A stretch of DNA of 64,000 bases from an uncultured Caldisericota bacterium (GCA_903871855.1 CAIQIK010000023.1:5761-69760), one strand, 5' to 3'; counted from the stretch's first letter, positions 34,790 to 45,521 are shown. Translations and numbers: made by a program. Notes: generated by a model from the sequence alone, not told the origin.

Positions 34790-36326
34790 TCAGATCCGCA
34801 GTATCGAGAAACACACTTTCAACGAATACGGCATGCCGTCGATTGTGCTCATGGAGCGTGCCGGCCAGGCTGTCGCGGATGCCGCTCTGAACATCGCGGA
34901 CGAAGACGCTGACAAGGGACTGCGGCCGCACTTTGTCGTTCTGTGTGGAACGGGCGGCAATGGAGGTGACGGCTTCGTCGCGGCGCGCGACCTCCTGTTT
35001 GCGGGCTTCCCCGTTGCGGTATTCGCGGTCCCTGTCAAAGGACGTCCCAGCGACGATGCGGAGACGGAACGCGCATTTCTGGAGCGGATCGCCCCCGAAA
35101 ACACAGTAATCAATGTCACGGACGAAGAGGTCCTGAACAAGATCGAGGAATCGATCGACGAAGACGCCATTGTCATCGACGCCTTGTTTGGCATCGGTCT
35201 CGACCGCGCCGTTTCAGGAGTAGCCGTGGATATCATCGAGATCGTCAACGCAAGCCTCGCGCACGCTGTCGTTGCAGTGGACATCCCATCCGGCATCGAC
35301 TGCGACACCGGTATGGCGTTGGGGACTCCTATCTTTGCCAGCGATACCGTCACGTTTGGTCTTCCAAAGCTTGGTCTGTACATAGGGACGGGCGCAGAAG
35401 CAGCGGGTGAAATTCACGTCGAACAGCTCATCTACCCCGACATCCTGCTGGAACAGAGCGCGATCCGTGCTCAGCTGACCGAACCTCCCGAGTTCCCGGA
35501 ACGCATGCGGACCATGCACAAAGCCACCTATGGCAAGGTATCCATCATCGCCGGCTCTCCCGACTACACGGGCGCCCCCGTCTTCGCCGCCGAGGCTGCG
35601 CTCACCACTGGGACAGGCACGGTCCACTTGATCGTACCTCAGAGCATTGCGGACGTCGTCCGTGTCAAGGTTGACGGGCCGATCGTTCATGCTTTCGCCG
35701 GCGACGTCCTTACCGTCGAGGCGATTCCCCATATTCTGGAACTACTGGAAGGTATGACCGCGGTAGTGATAGGCCCAGGTGTAGGGCGTGACCCCCGGAC
35801 GCTGGAGGCTGTCCTGCTTCTTGCCGGCGCCTTCAAGGGAACGCTCATCCTGGACGGCGACGCGCTGTTCGCCTGCGCGGGTCATCTCGACGTCCTGTGG
35901 AAACGCGACGCTCCGACGATCCTGACCCCGCACGTCGGCGAATTCGCCCGCCTGGTGGGTCTGACACCAGAGGACGTCGAGAAGAGCGGAACACTGAGTC
36001 CGGCACAGACACTTGCCGCCCAGGCAAGCGCTGTCGTGCATCTCAAGGGACACCACTCGCTCACGGTCCTGCCCGACGGCTCGCTGTACATCAACACAAC
36101 CGGCAATCCCGGCATGGCCAAACCCGGCATGGGCGACGCTCTCGCGGGTATCATCCTGTCGCTGGTCGCACGCGGAGTAGCGCCTGACCTGGCAACGGCT
36201 CAGGGAGCATACATTCATGGGCTTGCCGGAGACGCGGCGGCCGAGGTCATGGGTGAGGAGTCGATGGGGACGCCGGAGCTTATCATGGCTCTGGCCGCTA
36301 CGATCAAGGAACTGAAGGCCGGGTAG
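34770..36326 (+). CDS. nnr: Bifunctional NAD(P)H-hydrate repair enzyme (epimerase/dehydratase, YjeF)
   Basis: N-terminal YjeF_N (GTGGNGGDG) and a C-terminal carbohydrate-kinase-like domain (KATYGKV...GPGVG...GNPGMAKPGMGD). Overlaps acpS by 20 nt. Confidence 0.9.
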   Translation: MRVAIRSQIRSIEKHTFNEYGMPSIVLMERAGQAVADAALNIADEDADKGLRPHFVVLCGTGGNGGDGFVAARDLLFAGFPVAVFAVPVKGRPSDDAETERAFLERIAPENTVINVTDEEVLNKIEESIDEDAIVIDALFGIGLDRAVSGVAVDIIEIVNASLAHAVVAVDIPSGIDCDTGMALGTPIFASDTVTFGLPKLGLYIGTGAEAAGEIHVEQLIYPDILLEQSAIRAQLTEPPEFPERMRTMHKATYGKVSIIAGSPDYTGAPVFAAEAALTTGTGTVHLIVPQSIADVVRVKVDGPIVHAFAGDVLTVEAIPHILELLEGMTAVVIGPGVGRDPRTLEAVLLLAGAFKGTLILDGDALFACAGHLDVLWKRDAPTILTPHVGEFARLVGLTPEDVEKSGTLSPAQTLAAQASAVVHLKGHHSLTVLPDGSLYINTTGNPGMAKPGMGDALAGIILSLVARGVAPDLATAQGAYIHGLAGDAAAEVMGEESMGTPELIMALAATIKELKAG

Positions 36327-36419
36327 CATCACCGGCAGACCACCCAAGGGGGAGGTCAGCGTCACCCTCCGGGTATGACCCGGCAGACCGCACGCAGCGG
36401 TCAGAAAGGGCTCTGTCAC

Positions 36420-37049
36420 ATGAACAGCGAAAACGAATCAGTCACGTCGGAAGACCGCGAGGAATGCCTGGAGGCGCTTTGCCGTCTGGAGCAGGCGCAC
36501 CACTCCTCGACAGTCGCGGACCTGGCCGCGGAACAGGACCTCGCCGGCAGGCGGCTCGCTGATCTGCTGCTTGACCTTGCAATGTCCGGCGATATCACGA
36601 CTGAGGGGTCCTCATTCGCTCTCACGAAGAAAGGGCGAGCGATTGGCAGGCGCATCGTGCGCCGGCACCAGCTGGCCGAGCGTATGCTGTGCATGCTTGG
36701 ACTGCGGAAGGACACGGCCCATAGAGAAGCGTGTAAGCTGGAACACGTCCTGACCGACACTGACGCCGAGGACCTCGAGAGGCGTATGGCAATGGTGGTC
36801 AGCATGGTCGACCTCGGAGCTGTCACACTGGACCAGGCAGTGACGGGCAAGCCCTACCGGGTACGCTGGATACGCGGAGGCCAGGCAGTCCGGAGGCGGC
36901 TGGAAGACCTGGGACTTGGACAAGATTCGACCGTGAAGGTTTGCAATCGACAATCGGGGGGACCCGTCGAAGTCGAAGCTCACGGAGCGTGCACAGCCCT
37001 CGGACGCGGTGTCGCCCAAAAGGTTATCGTCACACCAGAGGAGCGGTGA
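36420..37049 (+). CDS. DtxR-family metal-dependent regulator with C-terminal FeoA/SH3-like domain
   Basis: RRHQLAERML...H.EACKLEH metal-site helix, and a C-terminal FeoA-like segment RVRWIRGGQAVRRRLEDLGLGQDSTVKV. The start is uncertain (36375 or 36420). Confidence 0.75.
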   Translation: MNSENESVTSEDREECLEALCRLEQAHHSSTVADLAAEQDLAGRRLADLLLDLAMSGDITTEGSSFALTKKGRAIGRRIVRRHQLAERMLCMLGLRKDTAHREACKLEHVLTDTDAEDLERRMAMVVSMVDLGAVTLDQAVTGKPYRVRWIRGGQAVRRRLEDLGLGQDSTVKVCNRQSGGPVEVEAHGACTALGRGVAQKVIVTPEER

Positions 37050-39034
37050 TGGAGTGCTGTGATCTCAAACCGCGCACCTTCCATGGGGAGCTCTTCGACC
37101 TGACGATCGCGCTGGCCGGCAACGCCAATGTCGGCAAGTCCGTCATCTTCAACGCCCTGACCGGTATGAACCAGATCATCGGCAACTGGCCGGGCAAGAC
37201 CGTTGAACTGGCGGAGGGTTCCTTCGACTACAAAGGGAAACACATCCGCGTCGTCGACCTGCCGGGTATCTACTCCCTGTCGACCTACTCACAGGAAGAG
37301 GTGGTCAGCCGCGAGTTTATTGCCGAGGCTCGGCCGGACGTGGTCGTCAACGTGGTTGACTCGACAGTGCTGGAACGCAACCTGTATTTCACGCTCCAGC
37401 TCAGGGAACTGGGTGCCCCGCTCGTCACGGCACTTAACCTCATCGACCTCGCAGTCAAAGAGGGTTTGGTTATTGACGAATCAAAGCTGTCGTCACTCCT
37501 GGGTGTGCCTGTCGTCCGCACGTCGGGTGCTGCAGGCAAGGGGCTGAACGCCTTGGTCGACGCGTGCCTGGCGACGGCGGGAAGACCCCCCGTCGCGCCG
37601 GTCACCTATGGCAAGGAGGTCGAGGGCGCCATCCAAGCGCTGCAGACGGAACTCAAGGCGGTCACCCTGCCTGACAGTCTGACTCACTACAACTCACGTT
37701 TCCTGGCCATCAAACTGCTGGAGGGAGATGCCGAGATCATAGGCCGCTGCAGCGCGTGCGATTCCGTGACGAAGGTGGCAGCTGGACTTGCACATGACCT
37801 GGAGCAGATCCACGGAGAATCAGGCGCCAGCATCATGTCTGCGGAACGGTACAGCGCCTGTGTCCGTATTGTTGCCGCATCGATTCGGCGACCCGAGCGC
37901 CGCGACAACGCGCCAGGTGATCGACTGGACAAGCTCCTGCTCCATCGCGTTTTCGGGTGGGTGACCCTGGTCGTCGTCATGTTTGCCGTTTTTGGCCTCA
38001 TCTTCGTCCTGGGGAGCCGGCTCTCCTCTGCTCTGGACACTCTCTTCGGCTCTCTGCAGAAGACCTTTCTGGCTCTCCCAATTGTCCCATGGTTGCGGGA
38101 TTTCCTGTGGGGCGGCGTCTTGCAGGGTATCCTGGCGGGCGTCTCCGTCGCCCTCCCGTACATCGTCCCGTTTTACATCATCCTGTCATTCCTCGAGAAC
38201 TCGGGATACCTTGCACGCATGGCTTTCCTGACCGACGCCATCATGCACCGGATGGGCCTGCATGGCAAGGCATTCATCCCCATCATCCTGGGTTTTGGGT
38301 GCAACGTCCCCGCCGTCCTGGGGACGCGCATCATGGAACGCGACCGGGACCGCTTCATCGCCGGTGTGCTTGCGACGCTCGTCCCATGTTCAGCACGCAC
38401 CGTCGTCATCCTGGGACTTGTGGGCGCCTTCATGGGTTTCTGGCCCGCGCTGTCACTCTACGTTATCAGCCTCCTCATCGTCTTCGTCGTGGGGCGCGCA
38501 CTGAACCGGTTTATCCCCGGGACCAATCCCGGACTCATCATGGAGATGCCCAGGCTGAAGTGGCCGCCCCTGCGCATCACACTCAAGCAGACCTGGTTCA
38601 GGCTCAAGGACTTCGTGGTCTTCGCATTCCCCATCATTGCAGGTGGCTCGGTTGTCCTCTATGTTGTTGACAAGCTGGGGTGGCTGACTCCTCTCACGAC
38701 ATGGGCGGCGCCCTTCACGCAAGGTGTCCTGGGGCTTCCTCCCGTGGCGCTGGTCGTCCTCATCTTCGGCGTCCTGCGCAAGGAACTTGCCCTCATCATG
38801 CTGACCACGTTGATGCACACGTCCCAGCTAGGAACTGTGATGACCCCTCAGCAGATGTACGTTTTCGCCCTGATCGTCATGCTCTATGTCCCCTGTGTCA
38901 GCACCATCGCGGCGCTGAGACATGAGTTCGGCAATCGCCGCGCGGCACTCGTCAGTGCGGGGGAGGTCGTGCTGGCGCTCGTTCTCGGCGCTCTGGTCAA
39001 CTGGGGTTGGAACCTGGTGTCACTCATTCGCTAG
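37049..39034 (+). CDS. feoB: Ferrous iron transporter FeoB
   Basis: ATG 37049 overlaps the upstream TGA by 1 nt. G-domain IALAGNANVGKSVIFNALTG...DLPG...NLID, followed by a polytopic gate region. Confidence 0.92.
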   Translation: MECCDLKPRTFHGELFDLTIALAGNANVGKSVIFNALTGMNQIIGNWPGKTVELAEGSFDYKGKHIRVVDLPGIYSLSTYSQEEVVSREFIAEARPDVVVNVVDSTVLERNLYFTLQLRELGAPLVTALNLIDLAVKEGLVIDESKLSSLLGVPVVRTSGAAGKGLNALVDACLATAGRPPVAPVTYGKEVEGAIQALQTELKAVTLPDSLTHYNSRFLAIKLLEGDAEIIGRCSACDSVTKVAAGLAHDLEQIHGESGASIMSAERYSACVRIVAASIRRPERRDNAPGDRLDKLLLHRVFGWVTLVVVMFAVFGLIFVLGSRLSSALDTLFGSLQKTFLALPIVPWLRDFLWGGVLQGILAGVSVALPYIVPFYIILSFLENSGYLARMAFLTDAIMHRMGLHGKAFIPIILGFGCNVPAVLGTRIMERDRDRFIAGVLATLVPCSARTVVILGLVGAFMGFWPALSLYVISLLIVFVVGRALNRFIPGTNPGLIMEMPRLKWPPLRITLKQTWFRLKDFVVFAFPIIAGGSVVLYVVDKLGWLTPLTTWAAPFTQGVLGLPPVALVVLIFGVLRKELALIMLTTLMHTSQLGTVMTPQQMYVFALIVMLYVPCVSTIAALRHEFGNRRAALVSAGEVVLALVLGALVNWGWNLVSLIR

Positions 39035-39135
39035 GTGGAAGTGACGACATGCTGTCATTCTGCAGGACATTCCTGCTCCACAATACTTTGACAAAACAAC
39101 TCCGAGGGCAATAATGAGCGAGGAGAGGTGACGCC

Positions 39136-40500
39136 ATGACACAGGAAAACCTGAGTGAACGGCTGAATCTGTACGAAGCGATGTTCGAGCGCAACCCACG
39201 TGATGGGCTGGTCAGCGTCGGCAAGACCTATCTGTACATCCTCTCTGATCGGCCGCAGGATGCACTCAAGTCCGCCCTGGAAGCGTCGCTGTCGGTTTCC
39301 TCCAAGAGCCTGCGCGTCCAGTTGGCTATTGCACTTGGGTACTACCTTCGCAACAAGCCTGGCGAAGCGCACATCGAAAGTCGGTACGCGCTCAACATCG
39401 ATCCTGCCGGCCCCCTCTGCCATCTGGTTCATGCAAGCATCCTGCTGGCCCTCCAGCGTACCAACGAAGCTAGGCTCGCGTTCCTGAAGTGTCTCTCACT
39501 CTCCTCCGACAACACCTTCCTCACCGACCTCAGACTCCGCAACCGCAGTGCTATCTGTGCCGCCCAGCTCCAGAACCCGCTTCTCGCAGCATACAGCAAC
39601 CTCAGACTGCGCGCCCCAGATATGACTGAGGCCGACGTGCAGCAACTGGTCGAGCAGAACCCAGCCGACCCCGTACTGAAGGCTCTGTTTGCTTCCCTGC
39701 TGCGGCGCGGCGGCAAGATCCGTGAGGCCCTCGCTCTGCTCGAGGGCAGCCTTGCAAGTTACGAATCATTTCCAGAGAGACTCTACCTGCTGTGGAAGAC
39801 ATATGACGACCAGCTCGGGAACCATCAGAAAGGAGAGCTCTTCGCCCAGCGCCTGCTCGAGGTCGATCCGCTCAACGACCGGGCCACCGGCCTGGGCTAC
39901 TCCAACCTCGATGAGGAGGCATTGCGTCATATCAACTTCATCAAGTCTCTTGAGGACCTTCCCGACTCTATTTTCGCCAGGGTATTACCTGTACGGGAGC
40001 TGGAGAGCCTCATTGGAACGACGAAAGCAGATGCCCAGGGCGTCACTGCCCCGCCGCCAGGCGAGGAAAGGCAAGCTGTCTCGCTCGAGAAAACCTCCAC
40101 CCTGCCGGGCGTTCGCCAGCAGCCACAGGTTTCCGAACCAGAGGCGCCTCCCCAGGCCTCCCCGACAGTCGCGTCTTTGACGAACGAACGGCCGGCAGGG
40201 CCCTCACAGCCCGCCATGGATCGTATGGCGGGCATGCTGGAACAGGCACAATTCATTGCACGCGACTTGCGGCCGACACCCGCACCGGTCCCAATGTCCA
40301 GCGTGCCTTCACCGATCTCCGCTACCAACCTGAAGCAAGGATTTGTGGCCGAAGCCGCCGCCAAGTTCACTGCTTCTAAACGACCGTCGCAACCGGCCGA
40401 ACCCACGTATGTGACGATGCGACATGCCAACAGTCTCCTGGCAGATTCTCGATTTGAGGAAGCACTGCAAGCCTTCCTGGAGCTTAGCCATACGAGCTAG
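39136..40500 (+). CDS. TPR-repeat protein with Pro-rich linker
   Basis: 454 aa, SD GAGGTGA. TPR-like helical repeats in the first ~270 aa and at the extreme C-terminus, with a P/A/S-rich middle. Confidence 0.6.
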   Translation: MTQENLSERLNLYEAMFERNPRDGLVSVGKTYLYILSDRPQDALKSALEASLSVSSKSLRVQLAIALGYYLRNKPGEAHIESRYALNIDPAGPLCHLVHASILLALQRTNEARLAFLKCLSLSSDNTFLTDLRLRNRSAICAAQLQNPLLAAYSNLRLRAPDMTEADVQQLVEQNPADPVLKALFASLLRRGGKIREALALLEGSLASYESFPERLYLLWKTYDDQLGNHQKGELFAQRLLEVDPLNDRATGLGYSNLDEEALRHINFIKSLEDLPDSIFARVLPVRELESLIGTTKADAQGVTAPPPGEERQAVSLEKTSTLPGVRQQPQVSEPEAPPQASPTVASLTNERPAGPSQPAMDRMAGMLEQAQFIARDLRPTPAPVPMSSVPSPISATNLKQGFVAEAAAKFTASKRPSQPAEPTYVTMRHANSLLADSRFEEALQAFLELSHTS

Positions 40501-40574
40501 CCCCAGTCTGAGCGGGACTGCGCCCGCTCTGTGAACAATGCTGGAGCATTGGCCGTCTAATGACCGGTGATGTG

Positions 40575-41054
40575 ATGAGAAGACTGAGACTGATTTCCTG
40601 CGTGATCGTGACTATGCTGTTTTGTCCACTCCTGGCTCCAGTCGCCGGTGCGGCGTCGACATTCGCGGCAGACCTGAACCTCTATGAGACTAACAACAAG
40701 ACGACTTCAGACGCCGCGCGTGAGCTGACTGCCTATGTAACCGGTGAACTGCTCTTTGCACGCTCGCTGGGGAGCATTGCCCGGCAGTACCTCCTGCTCG
40801 TCCGCGACTACCGGGTAGCGCTCAACCAAGTGAACAGCGCAACCCGGCGTATTGTCCGCGACCAGCGTGCCAGCGACCGCCTGCTCACCGACGTCCGCGC
40901 ACTGGTTGGCGAGAGGCATGCGGAAGCCGCATGGATAATCCTGAAGAGAGGCGCTTCGGGACAGGGCCGCTTTCTGACAACCATCGCGAAGGCCCGCCTT
41001 CTTGTGACTAGGTGCAATCTCCTGCATGCCGAACTGACGCAGATGGGAGGGTAA
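40575..41054 (+). CDS. Secreted helical hypothetical protein
   Basis: ORF 40560..41054. MRRLRLISCVIVTMLFCPLLAPVAGAAS is a signal peptide. Confidence 0.55.
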   Translation: MRRLRLISCVIVTMLFCPLLAPVAGAASTFAADLNLYETNNKTTSDAARELTAYVTGELLFARSLGSIARQYLLLVRDYRVALNQVNSATRRIVRDQRASDRLLTDVRALVGERHAEAAWIILKRGASGQGRFLTTIAKARLLVTRCNLLHAELTQMGG

Positions 41055-41063
41055 GGAGAGTAG

Positions 41064-41519
41064 ATGTTCGGCATCATCCCGGGCCTCATAACGGCTCGAC
41101 TCACCGGACTGCTTGCCGGCACCGTGGTCGCACCATTCGTCATGCTGTTCATGGTGCACTACGACCAGTACCGTCTGCCCGTCAGGCTCTCTTGGTCAAA
41201 GGCATTCTTGGTGTCTGCCGTCTCGTTTTTTCTGCTGTTTGGGCCGCTGATCCTGCCGCGCACGACAGCGTTGCTGCGGTTCTCGTTCGTCCGAGGAACG
41301 CTGTTCCAGGTGCTGCCATGGGCATTCCTCTGGTTCGTCGTCGCCTTTGTGCTTGCATGCCTGATTGTATCGGCGGTGCTGGAACTGTCCTTCACGCAGG
41401 CCGTGTCATGGTGGGGCGTCGCTCTCGCGGCAACACTGGTTGTCAGCTGGATTGGGGCATTGGGCGTCGTCCTGCTGTACCGATATTTCATCCTGCCGAG
41501 CCTGACTGACTTCTTCTAG
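41064..41519 (+). CDS. Hypothetical membrane protein (4 TM)
   Basis: SD GGGAGGGTAAGGAG. 151 aa and hydrophobic throughout. Confidence 0.6.
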   Translation: MFGIIPGLITARLTGLLAGTVVAPFVMLFMVHYDQYRLPVRLSWSKAFLVSAVSFFLLFGPLILPRTTALLRFSFVRGTLFQVLPWAFLWFVVAFVLACLIVSAVLELSFTQAVSWWGVALAATLVVSWIGALGVVLLYRYFILPSLTDFF

Positions 41520-41524
41520 CATCG

Positions 41525-42037
41525 ATGGTCCTGGATTTCGAGACGTTCATGAACAACTGTGCAGATGAGATCTACACATACCTGGTCGCACGAATGGGCA
41601 ACCGGTTCGACGCGGACGACGTCTTCCAGTCAACCTTCTTCAAGGCGCGCCATTCCCTCGCATCCTTTCGCGGCGATTCCAGCCCAGCGACGTGGGTCAT
41701 GAGGATTGCCATGAATGAAGCAAGTAGCTTTCGCCAGCGCAAAGGGCGAGAGCTTCCCCTACTGACCCCGGGAGACGCCCTGCCGCAGCCGGGTTCGGAT
41801 GAGACAGGGTATGATCCGGTGCACGCCGAGACTGTACAGGACATAGCAGCAGGTATGCGGAACCTTCCGGGCGACCTGAGAGACGTGTTGTACTTCTACT
41901 ACTTCAAGGAAATGCCCTACGAGAAGATTGCAGAGCTCATCGGGAAGCCCGTGGGAACTGTCAAATCACGCCTCTTCCGCGCGAAGGAAGAGCTGAAGGC
42001 GTTTCTGGAGGCACATCGTGACCATCGAACACAGTGA
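41525..42037 (+). CDS. ECF-type RNA polymerase sigma factor
   Basis: Region 2 is DDVFQSTFFKA...F.G.S...TWVMRIAMNE. Region 4 is YYFKEMPYEKIAELIGKPVGTVKSRLFRAK. Confidence 0.85.
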   Translation: MVLDFETFMNNCADEIYTYLVARMGNRFDADDVFQSTFFKARHSLASFRGDSSPATWVMRIAMNEASSFRQRKGRELPLLTPGDALPQPGSDETGYDPVHAETVQDIAAGMRNLPGDLRDVLYFYYFKEMPYEKIAELIGKPVGTVKSRLFRAKEELKAFLEAHRDHRTQ

Positions 42038-42254
42038 CGACGACCTTGACCAGTTGCTTCGGACGCACTACCACACAGCCGTCGACGGCGTGACGGCACC
42101 GGAGCACCTGCTGCGTCGAGTCTTGATAGGGGTCGAACCGGAGCATGGGCGCGCGGCACGCTGGATGCCGATCATGGCCTTCGCTTTGGCCAGTGCCTCA
42201 TTCCTCATCATCCTCGTCTCTTCGCGCGTCGTCGAGGTTCTGCTCAACCTTTAG
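42018..42254 (+). CDS. Putative anti-sigma factor (single TM)
   Basis: GTG 42018 lies 8 nt after GGAGG and the gene overlaps the sigma gene by 20 nt. 78 aa with a C-terminal TM helix. The call rests on position and architecture only. Confidence 0.5.
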   Translation: MTIEHSDDDLDQLLRTHYHTAVDGVTAPEHLLRRVLIGVEPEHGRAARWMPIMAFALASASFLIILVSSRVVEVLLNL

Positions 42255-42368
42255 ACTGCTGTCTCGTTGACATATTCTCCCCGGCTCTCGTCCAGACCTG
42301 TCAGCGAGTGGCCTGTGTTAGGGTTTGCATTTCCCATGTGCATGTTATAGTTTCTCCATGGAGAGAGT

Positions 42369-45300
42369 TTGCAGACAGTGAAATCTGGCGAACGCAACAC
42401 AGCCAGAATACTCATTCTGTCCCGGTATGCCATCATTGCTGGGGGTAGTATCTGGTGGCTTTTTGCCACGCAACGCCAGCTCTCTGGGCACATTAGCTTT
42501 GTATTTCTGCCTGGACTCCTTGTCATCGGAATCGCCTTCAACATCTGGCTTGACCTCATGGAACGTTTCGCGCCTCGCAGCGGCATCGTGCACATCATCC
42601 TCCGCCACCAGATCCTATTCGACGGTATCGCCATGAATCTCTTTCTGGGTGCGATGGCTAGTCCCCTGCTGATGGGTCGGCCCGTGTATTATGGCGGAAC
42701 ACACATCCTGCCGTTTGACGTCAGCTTTGTTGTCAGTGGTACCTTCGTCGTCATTGCGTCCATTGTCCTGCAGAACGGGCACTTTCCCGTGTACTTGACT
42801 GCAGCCCTGACCAGTCTTGTGGCAAGCCAGGGATTGTCGATTGCTCAGCAGAAAGGCAGTGGTTTCATACAGGCGCTCCGGTCAGCCAACTGGGCGGACA
42901 TCGGTGTAGGAATACTTGCTGTCGCGGGTGTGGGGATCCTGTCGTACGCTGCCGAAGAACGTATCCAACGCAGTCTTCGTGCCATGGATACCCGCATCGC
43001 CGATGTCAGCCGTGACAAGGAGCGCATGCAGACCGCCTTCCACAAGTTGTCCTTCCTTACTGCCATCATCCGGGATATGGCCGCGTCTCAGGTCTATCAT
43101 CAGGTCCTGGAGGCCATCACGGATCGCGCAGCACTGTTTTTCTCGGCCGACGACGCCATCATAGCGACCATCGACACGGACTTGGAGCACCTGTCGGTCG
43201 CCGCCGCAAAAAGCGAGTACCGAGAAGCCTTGTCACATCTACGCATCCGCAGAGGTGAGGGCATCCTTGGAAAGGTATTTGATGGAGATACCCCGGAACT
43301 GATCAAGAACGCCCTGCTGGATCCGCGCGCCATGCAGATCTACGGAACCCCTGAAGAACCAGAATCGATGATGGTCGCCCCGCTGCGCAAGGGCAGCCAG
43401 AAGTACGGGCTGGTCTCTGTCAGCCGAGTTGGTGTCGAGAATCCGTTCAACGAAGACGACCTGGCCCTGTTCACGTCGTTTGCGAACATTGCGGCGTCGG
43501 TATTGGACAATGCCACGATGATGGAGGCTCTCAAACGCAAGAACTTCACGCTGACCGTCACGAACCAGCTGTCCTCCGCTATTGTTTCCTTGCTGCCTTT
43601 CGAGGAGGAGATCAACAGCTTCCTCTCTATCATGAACAACGCGTTCCGGCTGTCGCGCATTGACCTGCTGATGGTGGAAAACGACCGCTTCACCCGGCTC
43701 TTTGCGGTGCCGCCGCCCAAGTTCCCTGTCCCACCTCAGGAGATCATTGCCAGTATGAACGCAGGGGCAGGTGTCCTTGGACAGGCGCTGCGCGAGCGAA
43801 CCATCGTCAATGTCCCCAACATCACCGATCATGCCAACTACATCATCGCTGATGACGCCACGCGCAGTGAGCTGGCCATCCCGATGAAGAATGCGGAAGG
43901 GCGAGTCATCGCCATGCTTAACCTGGAAAGTGGCCAGCGCGATTACTTCACCAGCGACGTCTCCGCAGACGTCTTGGCGATAGCCAGAGAGGTACAGGAA
44001 TTCCTCCAGGGAAGGCTGATCTGGGAAGAAGTCAAAGAGCAGCGCAATATCCGCGAAGCTATCAACAGCGCGGAGCTCGAAAACATCAACGTCTCGACGA
44101 CCGAGGAAGCAACAGCGCATCTCAGTCGCCTCCTGTGGCGCATTTTGCCCGGGCCGGAAAGCGTCATCCTGCTGGAAAACTCAGGCGATATGGCGCACCC
44201 TTGGACTGCCGTCCGGACTGCCAGTATGGAAGAGGCGGAACCTGTCCGTTTCTTTGAAAGTGATCTGCGGGCTCGACTGGATGTGACACACTCACTGTCG
44301 CGCTCGGTCACCGGCCTGCTGCAGGGTCGCGATTTGCTGGTGCGCCAGCTCGACTTCGAGCAGCGCCTCGTGGGCTTCGTCATCGTGGGCATCGGGGAGC
44401 ACAAACTGCTGACTGTCAGCGAGACCAGTGCATTTGACCTCTTCATGGCCTATGCGGAGTCCATCGTACAAAAGGTTTTCGTGAAGCAGCGCTCCGCCCT
44501 GCTCACAAAGTATCGACTCGCGGCAAAGGAACTGTTCGACACCTCCTTCAAGCGCACAGACCTTAGGCAGTTCCTGGCTGCCATAGCTCACAAGCTGCGG
44601 GATGTCATGGACGCGGACGGATCGGCATACGTTCCTTTCGAAGCCGAGTCCAGACGACTGGTCGCCAGCCAGGCTGACATCTTCGGGTTTGCTCTGGAAC
44701 CCGGAGTCGAGCCGGATATCCTGAGCGAAGCATTCAGCAATCCCAACCTTGCTGTGGTTGTCCACTCTGAAGTCTCGAATACGATGGTTCCGCTTGCCCC
44801 AGGAGCCATGACCGAGCTGACACTCCGCATGACACTCGAAGGCACCTTGTACGGTGTCCTGTACGTGTCATTCAAACGCCCCATACTCCTGACGGACGAA
44901 GAACAGCACATGGTGGAGACTTTTGTCTCGGATTGCAGCCTGGTCGCAGAGAACATCCTGTACGTTCATCGCATCGATGAGCTTTCAGTGACCGACGAGC
45001 TAACGGGCTTGGGCAACTACCGCGCGTTCGTGACACACTCCATCGAACAATCGGAGCGCACCGCCCGGTTTGGTGAGGTATTCTCGCTCCTGTTCTTCGA
45101 TATCGACGACTTCAAGAAGTACAACGACACCTACTCCCACCTGGACGGCAACCTCGCCCTCCAGGGCATCGCGGATATTCTGCGCCACAGCATCCGGAGT
45201 GTCGATTCAGCGTACAGGTATGGTGGCGAGGAGTTCGTCATTCTGATGCCGGGATCCTCTCCCGCCGACGCGCGCAAAGCTGCCGAACGTATCCGCGCAT

Positions 45301-45521
45301 CCGTCGAACGCAATAGCGCGCATGACCAGCGTCACTTCCGTTCGGTCGTGACGCTGAGCGGCGGTATGGTAAGTTTCGAGGACCGCGTGTCCGACCCCAA
45401 GAACCTGCTCCTCCTCGCTGATCTTGCCATGTATCAGGCCAAGAAGAGCGGCAAGAACGCCATCTACGTTTTGGAGAGTCTCGCTGACCAGAAGCGGACA
45501 GCGCCGGGCTTACAGGAATAA
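42369..45521 (+). CDS. Membrane-anchored multi-GAF diguanylate cyclase (GGDEF)
   Basis: 1050 aa. About 6 N-terminal TM helices, several GAF-like blocks, and a C-terminal GGDEF domain (DELTGLGNYRAF...FFDIDDFKKYND...RYGGEEF). The start is TTG 42369 or GTG 42378. Confidence 0.85.
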   Translation: MQTVKSGERNTARILILSRYAIIAGGSIWWLFATQRQLSGHISFVFLPGLLVIGIAFNIWLDLMERFAPRSGIVHIILRHQILFDGIAMNLFLGAMASPLLMGRPVYYGGTHILPFDVSFVVSGTFVVIASIVLQNGHFPVYLTAALTSLVASQGLSIAQQKGSGFIQALRSANWADIGVGILAVAGVGILSYAAEERIQRSLRAMDTRIADVSRDKERMQTAFHKLSFLTAIIRDMAASQVYHQVLEAITDRAALFFSADDAIIATIDTDLEHLSVAAAKSEYREALSHLRIRRGEGILGKVFDGDTPELIKNALLDPRAMQIYGTPEEPESMMVAPLRKGSQKYGLVSVSRVGVENPFNEDDLALFTSFANIAASVLDNATMMEALKRKNFTLTVTNQLSSAIVSLLPFEEEINSFLSIMNNAFRLSRIDLLMVENDRFTRLFAVPPPKFPVPPQEIIASMNAGAGVLGQALRERTIVNVPNITDHANYIIADDATRSELAIPMKNAEGRVIAMLNLESGQRDYFTSDVSADVLAIAREVQEFLQGRLIWEEVKEQRNIREAINSAELENINVSTTEEATAHLSRLLWRILPGPESVILLENSGDMAHPWTAVRTASMEEAEPVRFFESDLRARLDVTHSLSRSVTGLLQGRDLLVRQLDFEQRLVGFVIVGIGEHKLLTVSETSAFDLFMAYAESIVQKVFVKQRSALLTKYRLAAKELFDTSFKRTDLRQFLAAIAHKLRDVMDADGSAYVPFEAESRRLVASQADIFGFALEPGVEPDILSEAFSNPNLAVVVHSEVSNTMVPLAPGAMTELTLRMTLEGTLYGVLYVSFKRPILLTDEEQHMVETFVSDCSLVAENILYVHRIDELSVTDELTGLGNYRAFVTHSIEQSERTARFGEVFSLLFFDIDDFKKYNDTYSHLDGNLALQGIADILRHSIRSVDSAYRYGGEEFVILMPGSSPADARKAAERIRASVERNSAHDQRHFRSVVTLSGGMVSFEDRVSDPKNLLLLADLAMYQAKKSGKNAIYVLESLADQKRTAPGLQE

